Virus record (IMG/VR): IMGVR_UViG_3300005764_000030 | Span: 1 to 44,551 of that record | From: a virus | Lineage: Duplodnaviria > Caudoviricetes | Length of the DNA stretch: 44,551 bases | Reading direction: 5' to 3' (one strand) | Shown: positions 37,268 to 44,551 of the stretch, piece by piece | Layout of the letters: each line of letters begins with the position of its first letter | Numbering within the stretch: position 1 is the stretch's first letter | The notes under the pieces: generated by a model | What the model saw: only the letters and a program-made list of their open reading frames with translations | Told to the model about the DNA's origin: nothing | Database searches by the model: none | Position numbers and translations under genes: made by a program

Positions 37268-37495
37268 ATGGATACCGGAGTGAAACGAGCGGTCAAAGCC
37301 GCTGGTGGCGTTCGGCCTCTAGCCCGCGCGCTTGGCCTCAAGTCTCACACAGCGGTCCTTGCTTGGGACAAGATTCCAATGCGGCGCTTGCTTGTGATTG
37401 AGGAAATTACCGGCGTGCCGCGCGAGCAATTGCGGCCCGATCTCGCCAAACTTTTTTTGTCGCCAGACCGTCCAAAAAATGCGGCTTGCGCATGA
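37268..37495 (+). CDS. Cro/YdaS-like HTH protein
   Basis: AVKAAGGVRPLARALGL...AVLAW..IP..R...IEEITGVPREQLRPDL. Confidence 0.88.
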   Translation: MDTGVKRAVKAAGGVRPLARALGLKSHTAVLAWDKIPMRRLLVIEEITGVPREQLRPDLAKLFLSPDRPKNAACA

Positions 37496-37519
37496 TGACT
37501 CGGCATTGGAGTGCTGCAA

Positions 37520-38237
37520 ATGACCGTGACACGCCAAGAACATTTGGATTGGTGCAAGCAACGCGCGCTCGAATATGTCAACGCTGGCGATCTCGTTAAC
37601 GCGGTCGCGTCGATGGGATCAGACCTGTCGAAGCACCCGCTGACGAAGTTTCTTGCCGAGCCGAATATTACGTTCGCCGCCGCGCTCGCCGCCCAATCTG
37701 GCGATGTTGATTTTGTGCGCCGCTATATCACGGGCTTCCGATGAAAGTCGGCAAGGACCGACGCGTGCCATTAAGCGCTTGCACCGACTGCGGGCATCAA
37801 ATGGACGCGGCGAATTGCGTCAGCGAAGATGAGCATGGTCGCGACCACAAGCCCGGACCCGGTGCAATTACAATTTGCATCCGTTGCGGTCACATCATGG
37901 CATACACCGACAGCCTAACGCTACGCGACCTGACCAACGACGAAATGGTCATGGTCGCGGGCGACAAACGTATCATCGCAATCCAATGGGCACGCGATAG
38001 CCTCTTGCGCGACCGCGCTTTCTGCGAGGATTTTGTGCGCACGTGTATCAAGCACATGAAGCAATCGACGCCGCCGGATTGGCAAATCAATATGGTCGTC
38101 GACCGGACGCTCGCCGCCGTACCGAAGCCGCCAAGAAAAGCGCGATAATGAATAGTCCAATTCAAGTCATCGTCTGTTTGGTGGCGCTCGCCCTTGGCGT
38201 CGTTATCGTTGGCCTCGTCATCGCGGGCGTGCTGTAA
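37520..38237 (+). CDS. three small ORFs (37520-37744; 37741-38148 with two CxxC; 38148-38237 single TM)
   Basis: Coupled ORFs after the cro-like gene. Confidence 0.6.
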
Positions 38238-38568
38238 AACCTGTGACCAGCGCGTGCATTGCAGCAAACGCGGGTGTGACATTTTCCGTTTTCCACAGCC
38301 GAATATTGAGCCAAAGTGGCACCGCGCCAATCACACATTATACTCTGCACGACTGGCGCACGACTGGCGCGAGATTCGTGCGCCAATCGCGTGCCTGACC
38401 CTTCGGGTAAAGAGGGATTGGCGCACAGCGCGCCATTGCCCTCCCCTCATGGCGCAGGGGTCGGGCAAACTCCCTCTTTACCGAAGGGCAGGACTCAGAG
38501 CACCGTCAGCGCATCGGCGCACTGGCGCAGAACCGTTGTGCGTTGCGAAAGAAAAAAGAGGATTCCGA

Positions 38569-39192
38569 ATGGCGCAAAAAGTTCCACCACGACGCAGCCG
38601 CAAAAAAACCTTCCCGCTTCTGCCCGAGCAAGACGCGCCGCCCGACCTGTCGCGTGACGAAATCATTCGGCTCGGCTTCCCCGAGCTAACACGATGCGAC
38701 CATTGCGGCGTGCTCGACGCCACGACGCAGCGCTATGACCAGGCCAACGGTCGCGACAAGCACTGGCTGCATCCCGGTTGTTTGGAATCGTTCAAGCCTA
38801 CGGCGTCGACACCCGTGCGCCGCGTCAGCGGTCAACACGTGGTCTATGCGGCCGACGAAGAACCGAAAGGCACGGTCGTCGGTGCCCTGGTCAAGATCGA
38901 TGGCATGTTCGAAGCGTGGCGCTACTACGGGCGCAAAGAGCCAATCGCCCGCGAAGTCACGGCACAAGCGGCCTTCGACGCATTCTCGAAATCCGCCGCG
39001 CCGCCGGTCCCTGGCCAATTCGGCACAATCCGCTCGCTGATTCGAAGCCCGAATTCCAAGGCTGTGGATTCCGTGCGATGGTGTGGTGGACTCACGAAAT
39101 GTGCATGCTACGCTGACGGCGAGATCACTGCGCATCAATTTCGTTGGGAATATCCCGAATACGGTACACGCCGCGTCAAGGTGCGATATTGA
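38569..39192 (+). CDS. hypothetical protein with a CxxC...HxxC zinc motif
   Basis: AGAGG RBS; RCDHCG...WLHPGC. Confidence 0.65.
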   Translation: MAQKVPPRRSRKKTFPLLPEQDAPPDLSRDEIIRLGFPELTRCDHCGVLDATTQRYDQANGRDKHWLHPGCLESFKPTASTPVRRVSGQHVVYAADEEPKGTVVGALVKIDGMFEAWRYYGRKEPIAREVTAQAAFDAFSKSAAPPVPGQFGTIRSLIRSPNSKAVDSVRWCGGLTKCACYADGEITAHQFRWEYPEYGTRRVKVRY

Positions 39193-39374
39193 CGTTCACC
39201 GCGACCGAAAAGCTCCAAGCCGTGCAGCGTGAAATCGGCTATCGTCGCCGCGTCTATGCACGGCGAGTCGACGAAGGTGCAATGAGCCAAAAGCTTGCGG
39301 ACGACCAAATCGCCATATTCGAAGCCATCGAAGCCGACTATGCTGCGCTCGCACAGAAGGAACGCCTGCTATGA
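39189..39374 (+). CDS. small conserved phage protein (REIGYRRRVY motif)
   Basis: TTGA coupling; motif seen commonly in phage early regions. Confidence 0.65.
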   Translation: MTFTATEKLQAVQREIGYRRRVYARRVDEGAMSQKLADDQIAIFEAIEADYAALAQKERLL

Positions 39375-39591
39375 CCGACGATCCGAAAAAACCCGATGAG
39401 CCGAAGAAAAAACCCGTGGTGCATCGGCTCAAGGCCGAAGACTTCCACTTGGAATCGCCAACCGTAGCGCCACAAGAGCCCGAAAAAGAGCCGCCGAAGC
39501 GCTAGATATGGCGCTTGTCGCTTGCAAATCCGGCTAAATGCGGTATTTCTCGCAATGCAGAGAGAATCCCGAGCACCGGAGAGCCCGCGAC

Positions 39592-40182
39592 ATGACAGGT
39601 TCGTGGTCGTTGGCTATCACGCCACCAAACTGCGAATTAAAAATCTCGCGGGCTCTCGCGCGTTGGGATTACGAACACTGTGTTTTTAAGGTTCGCCGCC
39701 GTCGCGTCTTTCGCGGTCGTGCTCATGATCGCTTGCTCCCCGCTTTTCCCGGCTATCTTTTCGTCGTGGCCAAAAATTCATGGTCAACTCTCCGCGAGAT
39801 TTTCGGCGTGGTCGACTTCCTCGCCCATGGCCAGCCAATCGAGCTTGCGGTGAAATCGCTCAAACAAATTGCCGACAGCGACGGCGTGATCCCAACGCCA
39901 GAAATATCTTCGTCGCGCTTCGCTCCCGGTGACCGTGTGATCATCAACAGCGCCGACGTTCGAATATCCGGCCAGCGCGCGGAATATCTGTACGCGGTCG
40001 GTGACGGCAAAGCCGCTGTGCGAATCGAATGGTTGATGGGCAAATTCGTGCCCATGCAAATCGACGAACGTGATCTCGTTCTGGAAGTAGCAAAAGAAAC
40101 GCCAAAGCCGCGACGGCAAAGACGGCACCGTCGACGGCGGCCCCCGAAGGCGATTCGGGGAATGGATCGAGCAACAGTGTAA
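39592..40182 (+). CDS. NusG/RfaH-family transcription antitermination factor
   Basis: NGN motif LLPAFPGYLFV, FGVVDFL; KOW motif FAPGDRVII. Confidence 0.82.
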   Translation: MTGSWSLAITPPNCELKISRALARWDYEHCVFKVRRRRVFRGRAHDRLLPAFPGYLFVVAKNSWSTLREIFGVVDFLAHGQPIELAVKSLKQIADSDGVIPTPEISSSRFAPGDRVIINSADVRISGQRAEYLYAVGDGKAAVRIEWLMGKFVPMQIDERDLVLEVAKETPKPRRQRRHRRRRPPKAIRGMDRATV

Positions 40183-40243
40183 CGGCTGGATACCGGCGCT
40201 GTTGTTGCCGTTGCGGGTTGAGCGATCCGCAAAAAGGCTTCGC

Positions 40244-40753
40244 ATGGGATTTTTCTATGTCTACGTTTACTGTGACGAGTCCGGTGTTCCCGCTTATGTT
40301 GGTAAGGGAACGCGCAGCCGAGCATGGGCGCATGGTCGGCGTTTTGGCACCAAGCCAGAAATTGTTTTTCGAACAAACGATGAAGCGAAGGCGCTCGAAT
40401 ATGAGGAACGGTTGATTTTGCAATATGGTCGTCGTGATCGTGGTACGGGATCATTGTTGAATCGGAACGCTGGCGGAAATGGACTTCAGCATGCCGTCGT
40501 CAACCGGATTGATCTTGCAACGCCGGAATTTCTCGAAAGCTGCCTTCAACAATTCAAACCGCAAAAACGGTATCCGAAGAAAAAAAGGCGAATCGATTGG
40601 GGCGATTTGGTGCAACAATGGCTCGTAACGCCGCCAGAGCCAGTCAAGCACAAACGCCGCCGTCGTCATCGTCCTCGCAATAAGGCACGAGCAAGAGCTA
40701 GAAAATCGCTGGCTTCGGTTGCGGTCCAGAGCGACGGGAGTTTGAGCGATTAG
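40244..40753 (+). CDS. GIY-YIG-superfamily endonuclease
   Basis: FYVYVY...AYVGKGTRSRAWAH; EAKALEYEERLILQYGR..G.LLN. Confidence 0.8.
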   Translation: MGFFYVYVYCDESGVPAYVGKGTRSRAWAHGRRFGTKPEIVFRTNDEAKALEYEERLILQYGRRDRGTGSLLNRNAGGNGLQHAVVNRIDLATPEFLESCLQQFKPQKRYPKKKRRIDWGDLVQQWLVTPPEPVKHKRRRRHRPRNKARARARKSLASVAVQSDGSLSD

Positions 40754-40815
40754 GCCGCGACTGCGGTGTGCGCTCAAATCCATCGTTGGTCGCGGCCCCG
40801 GTTTTGGTGAATCAC

Positions 40816-40983
40816 ATGACCGAATGTCCTGACTGCGGCGGCTCGGGCGAATGCCAATGGTGCGACGGCACAGGCACCGTCAAGGACAAGCCTTGCGAGG
40901 ATTGCGATGGCTCTGGCCATTGCGAAGCTTGCCACGGCAGCGGTCAGGTTTCCGAAGATCGCACGGTGCCAAGGTATCCCTAA
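40816..40983 (+). CDS. stand-alone DnaJ-type zinc-finger mini-protein
   Basis: Four CxxCxGxG repeats. Confidence 0.75.
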   Translation: MTECPDCGGSGECQWCDGTGTVKDKPCEDCDGSGHCEACHGSGQVSEDRTVPRYP

Positions 40984-41172
40984 ATGCTGCGTGAAGATGC
41001 TATCGAGGAAGCGCTTGCGGTTGCCATGAATCGACCGCTCAATGAAAGGCCGACCATTCCAGAGTTTTGTTTCGTGGCATTTCTCGACGCGCTGCGTGCG
41101 CGCGGTTTCGTCGTGCGGTCTTGTGGAAAAGCAAGTGTCAAAGGCGATCCGCGAAGACTTGAAACGCGCTGA
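40984..41172 (+). CDS. hypothetical protein
   Basis: 62-aa ORF abutting the upstream stop. Confidence 0.5.
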   Translation: MLREDAIEEALAVAMNRPLNERPTIPEFCFVAFLDALRARGFVVRSCGKASVKGDPRRLETR

Positions 41173-41497
41173 CTGGCGCAAGTGGTATGACCATCGAGTC
41201 TGGCGCAAGCGCCGGAAGGTGCAGCTAAGGCAACAGCCGTTTTGCCAACTCTGCGCAGCCCACGGCGAAGTAACGGTCGCGACCGTGGTCGATCACGTGA
41301 TGCCGCACGAAGGCGACTGGAATCGCTTCCGCCTCGATCCCGTGCAGAGCTTGTGCAAGCCCTGTCATGACGGCACGAAGCGCTTCGAGCAAAACCGTGG
41401 CTTCGATCCGACCATAGGCGCGGACGGCATGCCGACCGATCCGCGCCATCCCGTGTACCAGGGATTCCGCTTCGGCCAAGTACCGCAGAAGCCCTAG
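41135..41497 (+). CDS. HNH endonuclease, terminase-associated (HK97 gp74-like)
   Basis: QPFCQLC..ATVVDHVMPHEGD...QSLCKPCHDGTK; located before the terminase genes. Confidence 0.9.
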   Translation: MSKAIREDLKRADWRKWYDHRVWRKRRKVQLRQQPFCQLCAAHGEVTVATVVDHVMPHEGDWNRFRLDPVQSLCKPCHDGTKRFEQNRGFDPTIGADGMPTDPRHPVYQGFRFGQVPQKP

Positions 41498-41679
41498 CGC
41501 TGGCCGCCTGTGCGTTATTCGGTGCTGCTACCTGTCCCGAGCCCAAGCGCTACAATGCACGCGCTGTACGGGCTTCCCTGTGCGATTGGGGTGATATTGG
41601 TTGACCATGCACCCTCCGTTGTTATGCAAGTACGGAACGTGCGCAAAACACCCGAGATAAACCTAGAACAAACAGGCAT

Positions 41680-42615
41680 TTTGTGTAGTCATTGTTGCTA
41701 ATTCTGATTTAAGCTAGGTTGCGTTACGTCCTAGCAGAGTTTAGCGCAATAATATTGCGCTTAAATCGTTGTTATTCGTAGCGTTTTGCCTCGTCCACGC
41801 TAGAAATAGCCGCGATTCAGGTCGATTTGTACTCAGAAGTATTGTTGCAAATGAAATCATGCCAAAATCGACCAGATTCGTAGAAGAATAAAATTTTTGC
41901 GGTGGTAATTGGCTCAAATCTCCACGTTTGTTTCTGACTACACAACCGAGGCACGTGCCAGATTCCTTAGCTATATCAATGACTTGGCGGGGGGGAGCCA
42001 GAAAATTTCTTGACTACACAACCGGCCGGGCGCGGCGGCGGGGTCGGCCAGCAAAACTTATATTAGGTTTGACCATTTGAAATTCTTCAACAAAATCAAG
42101 CACTTAGTCAAACGTAGTCGGAGCTAAGTGAAGCTCGAAAAGGCCCGTGGAATGGGCACAAGTGAGGGGTATCACGCCGCCGTGCGTTGCGAGAAGTGCC
42201 CGTGGAATGGGCCTAACTTGCACGTAGCTACGGGGTGCGGATTAGTCGCAAAACCGTGTCCAGAAGCCCAATGAAATCAGTGGCTTAGCGGGTGTGCCGA
42301 AACGGCTCGAAAAGACGAAAATTCTCGTAGTCAAAGCGTGGTTCTAAGGTAGGGGCTAACGCTATGAAAAGACACGCGAAAATCGTCGAGTTTCGGCCCT
42401 CCCCGGCGACGGAGAGGGTAATTCAGGCTGGAATCGGCAATACCGCTGAAATCGTCGAGATTCGGGGCCGTTTCCGAAAGCGAGCCAAGAAAAAGGGCCG
42501 AAAGCTGCCATTCGCGATACAACCGCCGGGGGCAGACAGCCCCGATTGCGCATAAAGCTGAGAAGTGCCCATTTCATGCGGCTTTCTTGCATTGCGCTAG
42601 GTTGTGTAGTCAGGG
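41680..42615. other. putative cos/packaging-initiation region
   Basis: AT-rich non-coding stretch between HNH and terS; IHF consensus at 41974-41986 and 42094-42106; GACTACACAA x4; GC-rich candidate cosN at about 42024-42048. Confidence 0.7.
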
Positions 42616-42775
42616 AAGTGCGCCAATAGGCCCGCTGCGCCAATGTAACTGAATAGGTCCGGCTCGGGCGTAGTCAGCCCGGCTAAGCCCTTGGACTGAC
42701 GGGCGAATCACCTGAAACGAATAGAGAACAAAAGAGAACGGTGCGCCAGTCGTGCGCCAATCATGCGAGGCTCGA

Positions 42776-43069
42776 ATGCGCGCCCCGGTTTTCGGAATCC
42801 ACGTCCCGCGCCGTTGGTTGCGGTTGCTCTACATTGGCGACCCTGGTCCGCTCGCCTATGCGGGCTGGCCGACGACGCCGCCCGCTGTCGTGGGCGGGCC
42901 GCTTCCGATGTCGTGGCCGGTATTCCTGTTCACGCCAGCGCCGGACGAAGGTGCTTCGCTGGTCAAGGGCGAGGCAATCTTTCCCAAGGGCGTCAAGTGC
43001 GCGTTCTGGCAAAGCTCGACGCGGGCCGCGATTTGCCCGCGCTACGGCTTCGGGCGGTCGGGCCGGTGA
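42776..43069 (+). CDS. possible hypothetical protein
   Basis: GTGA overlap with the next gene; otherwise weak. Confidence 0.35.
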   Translation: MRAPVFGIHVPRRWLRLLYIGDPGPLAYAGWPTTPPAVVGGPLPMSWPVFLFTPAPDEGASLVKGEAIFPKGVKCAFWQSSTRAAICPRYGFGRSGR

Positions 43070-43623
43070 CGCGCTCTTATGGCGACGTTGCGCGGCCGGA
43101 CTTGCCCCGGCCGGGCTGTCAGGTTCGGCTTGTCATGGGGCCGCCAGCGGCGGGCAAATCGACCTACGTCGCGAACCATGGTTCGCCCGGCGACATCGTG
43201 ATCGATCTCGACGGCATTGCGCGCGAGTTTGGGTTGGGGCGAAGCCGCCCCGAGCACGTGGCCGAATTGCTGGCCGAGCGCAACCGGCGGCTGGTCGCGC
43301 TGGCGAATGAGCCGCCCGAGCGCGTGGCGTGGGTGATCGTTTCCGCGCCCGGCAAGTCGCTGCGGCAATGGTGGTCTGACGCGCTCGCTGTTACGCCCGA
43401 AAATCTCGTCTTGCTGTGTCCGCCACGCGACGAACTTCGGCGGCGCATCGTGAACGATCCCGACCGGCTCAAAGTGCGCGCGCTGCATTGTCAGCTAGTC
43501 GACCGCTGGCTTGAACGCGAAATGCACGACGATCCTGGCCCCATCAAACGCGGCTGTGACGCGAACGGGAATCCGCTCGATCCGTTGCATCCCTGGAATC
43601 GAGAGAGACGGCAACATGGTTGA
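43066..43623 (+). CDS. P-loop nucleotide-kinase-like protein
   Basis: LVMGPPAAGKSTYV, IVIDLD; overlaps the terS start. Confidence 0.8.
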   Translation: MTRSYGDVARPDLPRPGCQVRLVMGPPAAGKSTYVANHGSPGDIVIDLDGIAREFGLGRSRPEHVAELLAERNRRLVALANEPPERVAWVIVSAPGKSLRQWWSDALAVTPENLVLLCPPRDELRRRIVNDPDRLKVRALHCQLVDRWLEREMHDDPGPIKRGCDANGNPLDPLHPWNRERRQHG

Positions 43624-44041
43624 GAAACGTGGACGGCATGCGAGTGCAGACTTGGAAGTGGTGCCGCTAATGCCGGGGGAAGCCAAGCCGCAACCGCCTG
43701 CGGAGCTTGGGGAGAAAGAAGCGGAGATTTGGAAGTCAATCGTGGACAGCATGCCTTTGCGCTACTTCGGGCGTGAGACGTGGGGCTTGCTGATTAGTTT
43801 ATGTCGGCATCGCGTTGCAGCGGATATTGCGTGGGAACGCTACATCAAAGCGCTCACCGCGAAAAAGAAGGGCGACAACATCGAAGCGCTGTCGCGATTG
43901 CATGCGCGCGAGTCGGCCAACGTGCGGCGGTTGTCGGCGGACTTGCGGCTGTCGAAATCGGTACGCGGCCCGCAACCGGTCGTGACCGAAAACAGCAAAC
44001 GCAATCAGGTCATGAAGCGTCCGTGGGAAACCTATGCTTGA
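43616..44041 (+). CDS. terS: terminase small subunit
   Basis: PQPPAELGEKEAEIWKSIV...LLISLCRH...LSADLRLS; directly upstream of terL. Confidence 0.8.
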   Translation: MVEKRGRHASADLEVVPLMPGEAKPQPPAELGEKEAEIWKSIVDSMPLRYFGRETWGLLISLCRHRVAADIAWERYIKALTAKKKGDNIEALSRLHARESANVRRLSADLRLSKSVRGPQPVVTENSKRNQVMKRPWETYA

Positions 44042-44551
44042 TCCAGTGACCAAACCCAAGCGCGGCCCCGGTCGTCCGCGCAAGGTCATTCTCACGCGCG
44101 GGCAAAAGGTCATCGCGTGGATTCAAGAATACTGTTTCGTGCCGGAAGGCGCGCACGTCGGGAGCAAGGTCGAACTTCTCCCGTGGCAGCAAGAATTCAT
44201 CCTAGAGATTTACGACAATCCGCATGTCACGCGGCGCGCGATCCTCTCGCTCGGCCGCAAGAACGGCAAGACCACGCTGGTCGCGTGCTTGCTGCTGGTG
44301 CATCTGGTCGGGCCGGAAGCGAACGGCAAACAAAACTCACAGATTTATTCCGCCGCGCAGTCGCGCGATCAAGCCGCGCTCGTCTTCAATCTCGCGGCGA
44401 AAATGGTTAGACTGAATCCGGTGCTGCGCGACGCGGTGTTGGTGCATGAGTCGGCCAAATCCCTATCCTGCCCGGACCTTGGCACACGTTATCGCGCGCT
44501 CGCGGCAGAAGCGACTACCGCGTATGGATTATCGCCCGCACTTGTTATCCA
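44034..44551 (+). CDS. terL: terminase large subunit, truncated by the window edge
   Basis: Not in the ORF track because it has no stop; translates MLDPVTKPKRGPGRPRK...ELLPWQQEFI...SLGRKNGKT...YSAAQSRDQA. Confidence 0.93.
   Translation, partial: MLDPVTKPKRGPGRPRKVILTRGQKVIAWIQEYCFVPEGAHVGSKVELLPWQQEFILEIYDNPHVTRRAILSLGRKNGKTTLVACLLLVHLVGPEANGKQNSQIYSAAQSRDQAALVFNLAAKMVRLNPVLRDAVLVHESAKSLSCPDLGTRYRALAAEATTAYGLSPALVI

Noticed and set aside
42763-43065. N-terminal 100 aa of the 286-aa P-loop ORF
   Set aside because: Low-information sequence; a GTGA-coupled start at 43066 puts the P-loop near the N-terminus as in nucleotide-kinase folds
1-44551. tRNA, rRNA, integrase, transposase or reverse transcriptase genes
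   Set aside because: No such motifs were recognised by eye; a tRNAscan/HMM search would be needed to exclude them formally

Overview
The window is most of the non-structural half of a GC-rich dsDNA tailed phage or prophage. The host is probably an alphaproteobacterium, inferred from a GapR-like gene and a VPGPIVGAGLPG sorting-tail protein. Gene order: end of a late gene and lysis cassette (1-3207, +); a long leftward arm of small accessory genes (3288-26085, -) with a LuxR/SH3b fusion, an RNAP alpha-CTD-like protein, a MoxR-AAA/DUF3150-like/HEXXH-VWA trio, RecT and a YqaJ exonuclease; a rightward DNA-metabolism block (GapR-like, DNA methyltransferase, RuvC-like, primase-helicase); a Cro-like switch region; NusG-like and GIY-YIG genes; then HNH, a cos-like region with IHF sites, and the small and (truncated) large terminase. 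No integrase, recognisable CI, tRNA or CRISPR array was seen. The most unusual part is 10.8-18.6 kb. Nine leftward genes start with the identical sequence GAGTCTACAATG, each preceded by a hairpin with a conserved CUAGCA-type loop and covarying stems, and often by a second switchable stem that overlaps the upstream stop codon. A candidate ~125-nt opposite-strand sRNA (10991-11115) has its own promoter and terminator and exposes the exact complement of that start motif. Three long structured non-coding spacers lie inside the same operon. Together this looks like an RNA-based translational regulon. All protein calls come from motif recognition by eye, with no database searches.
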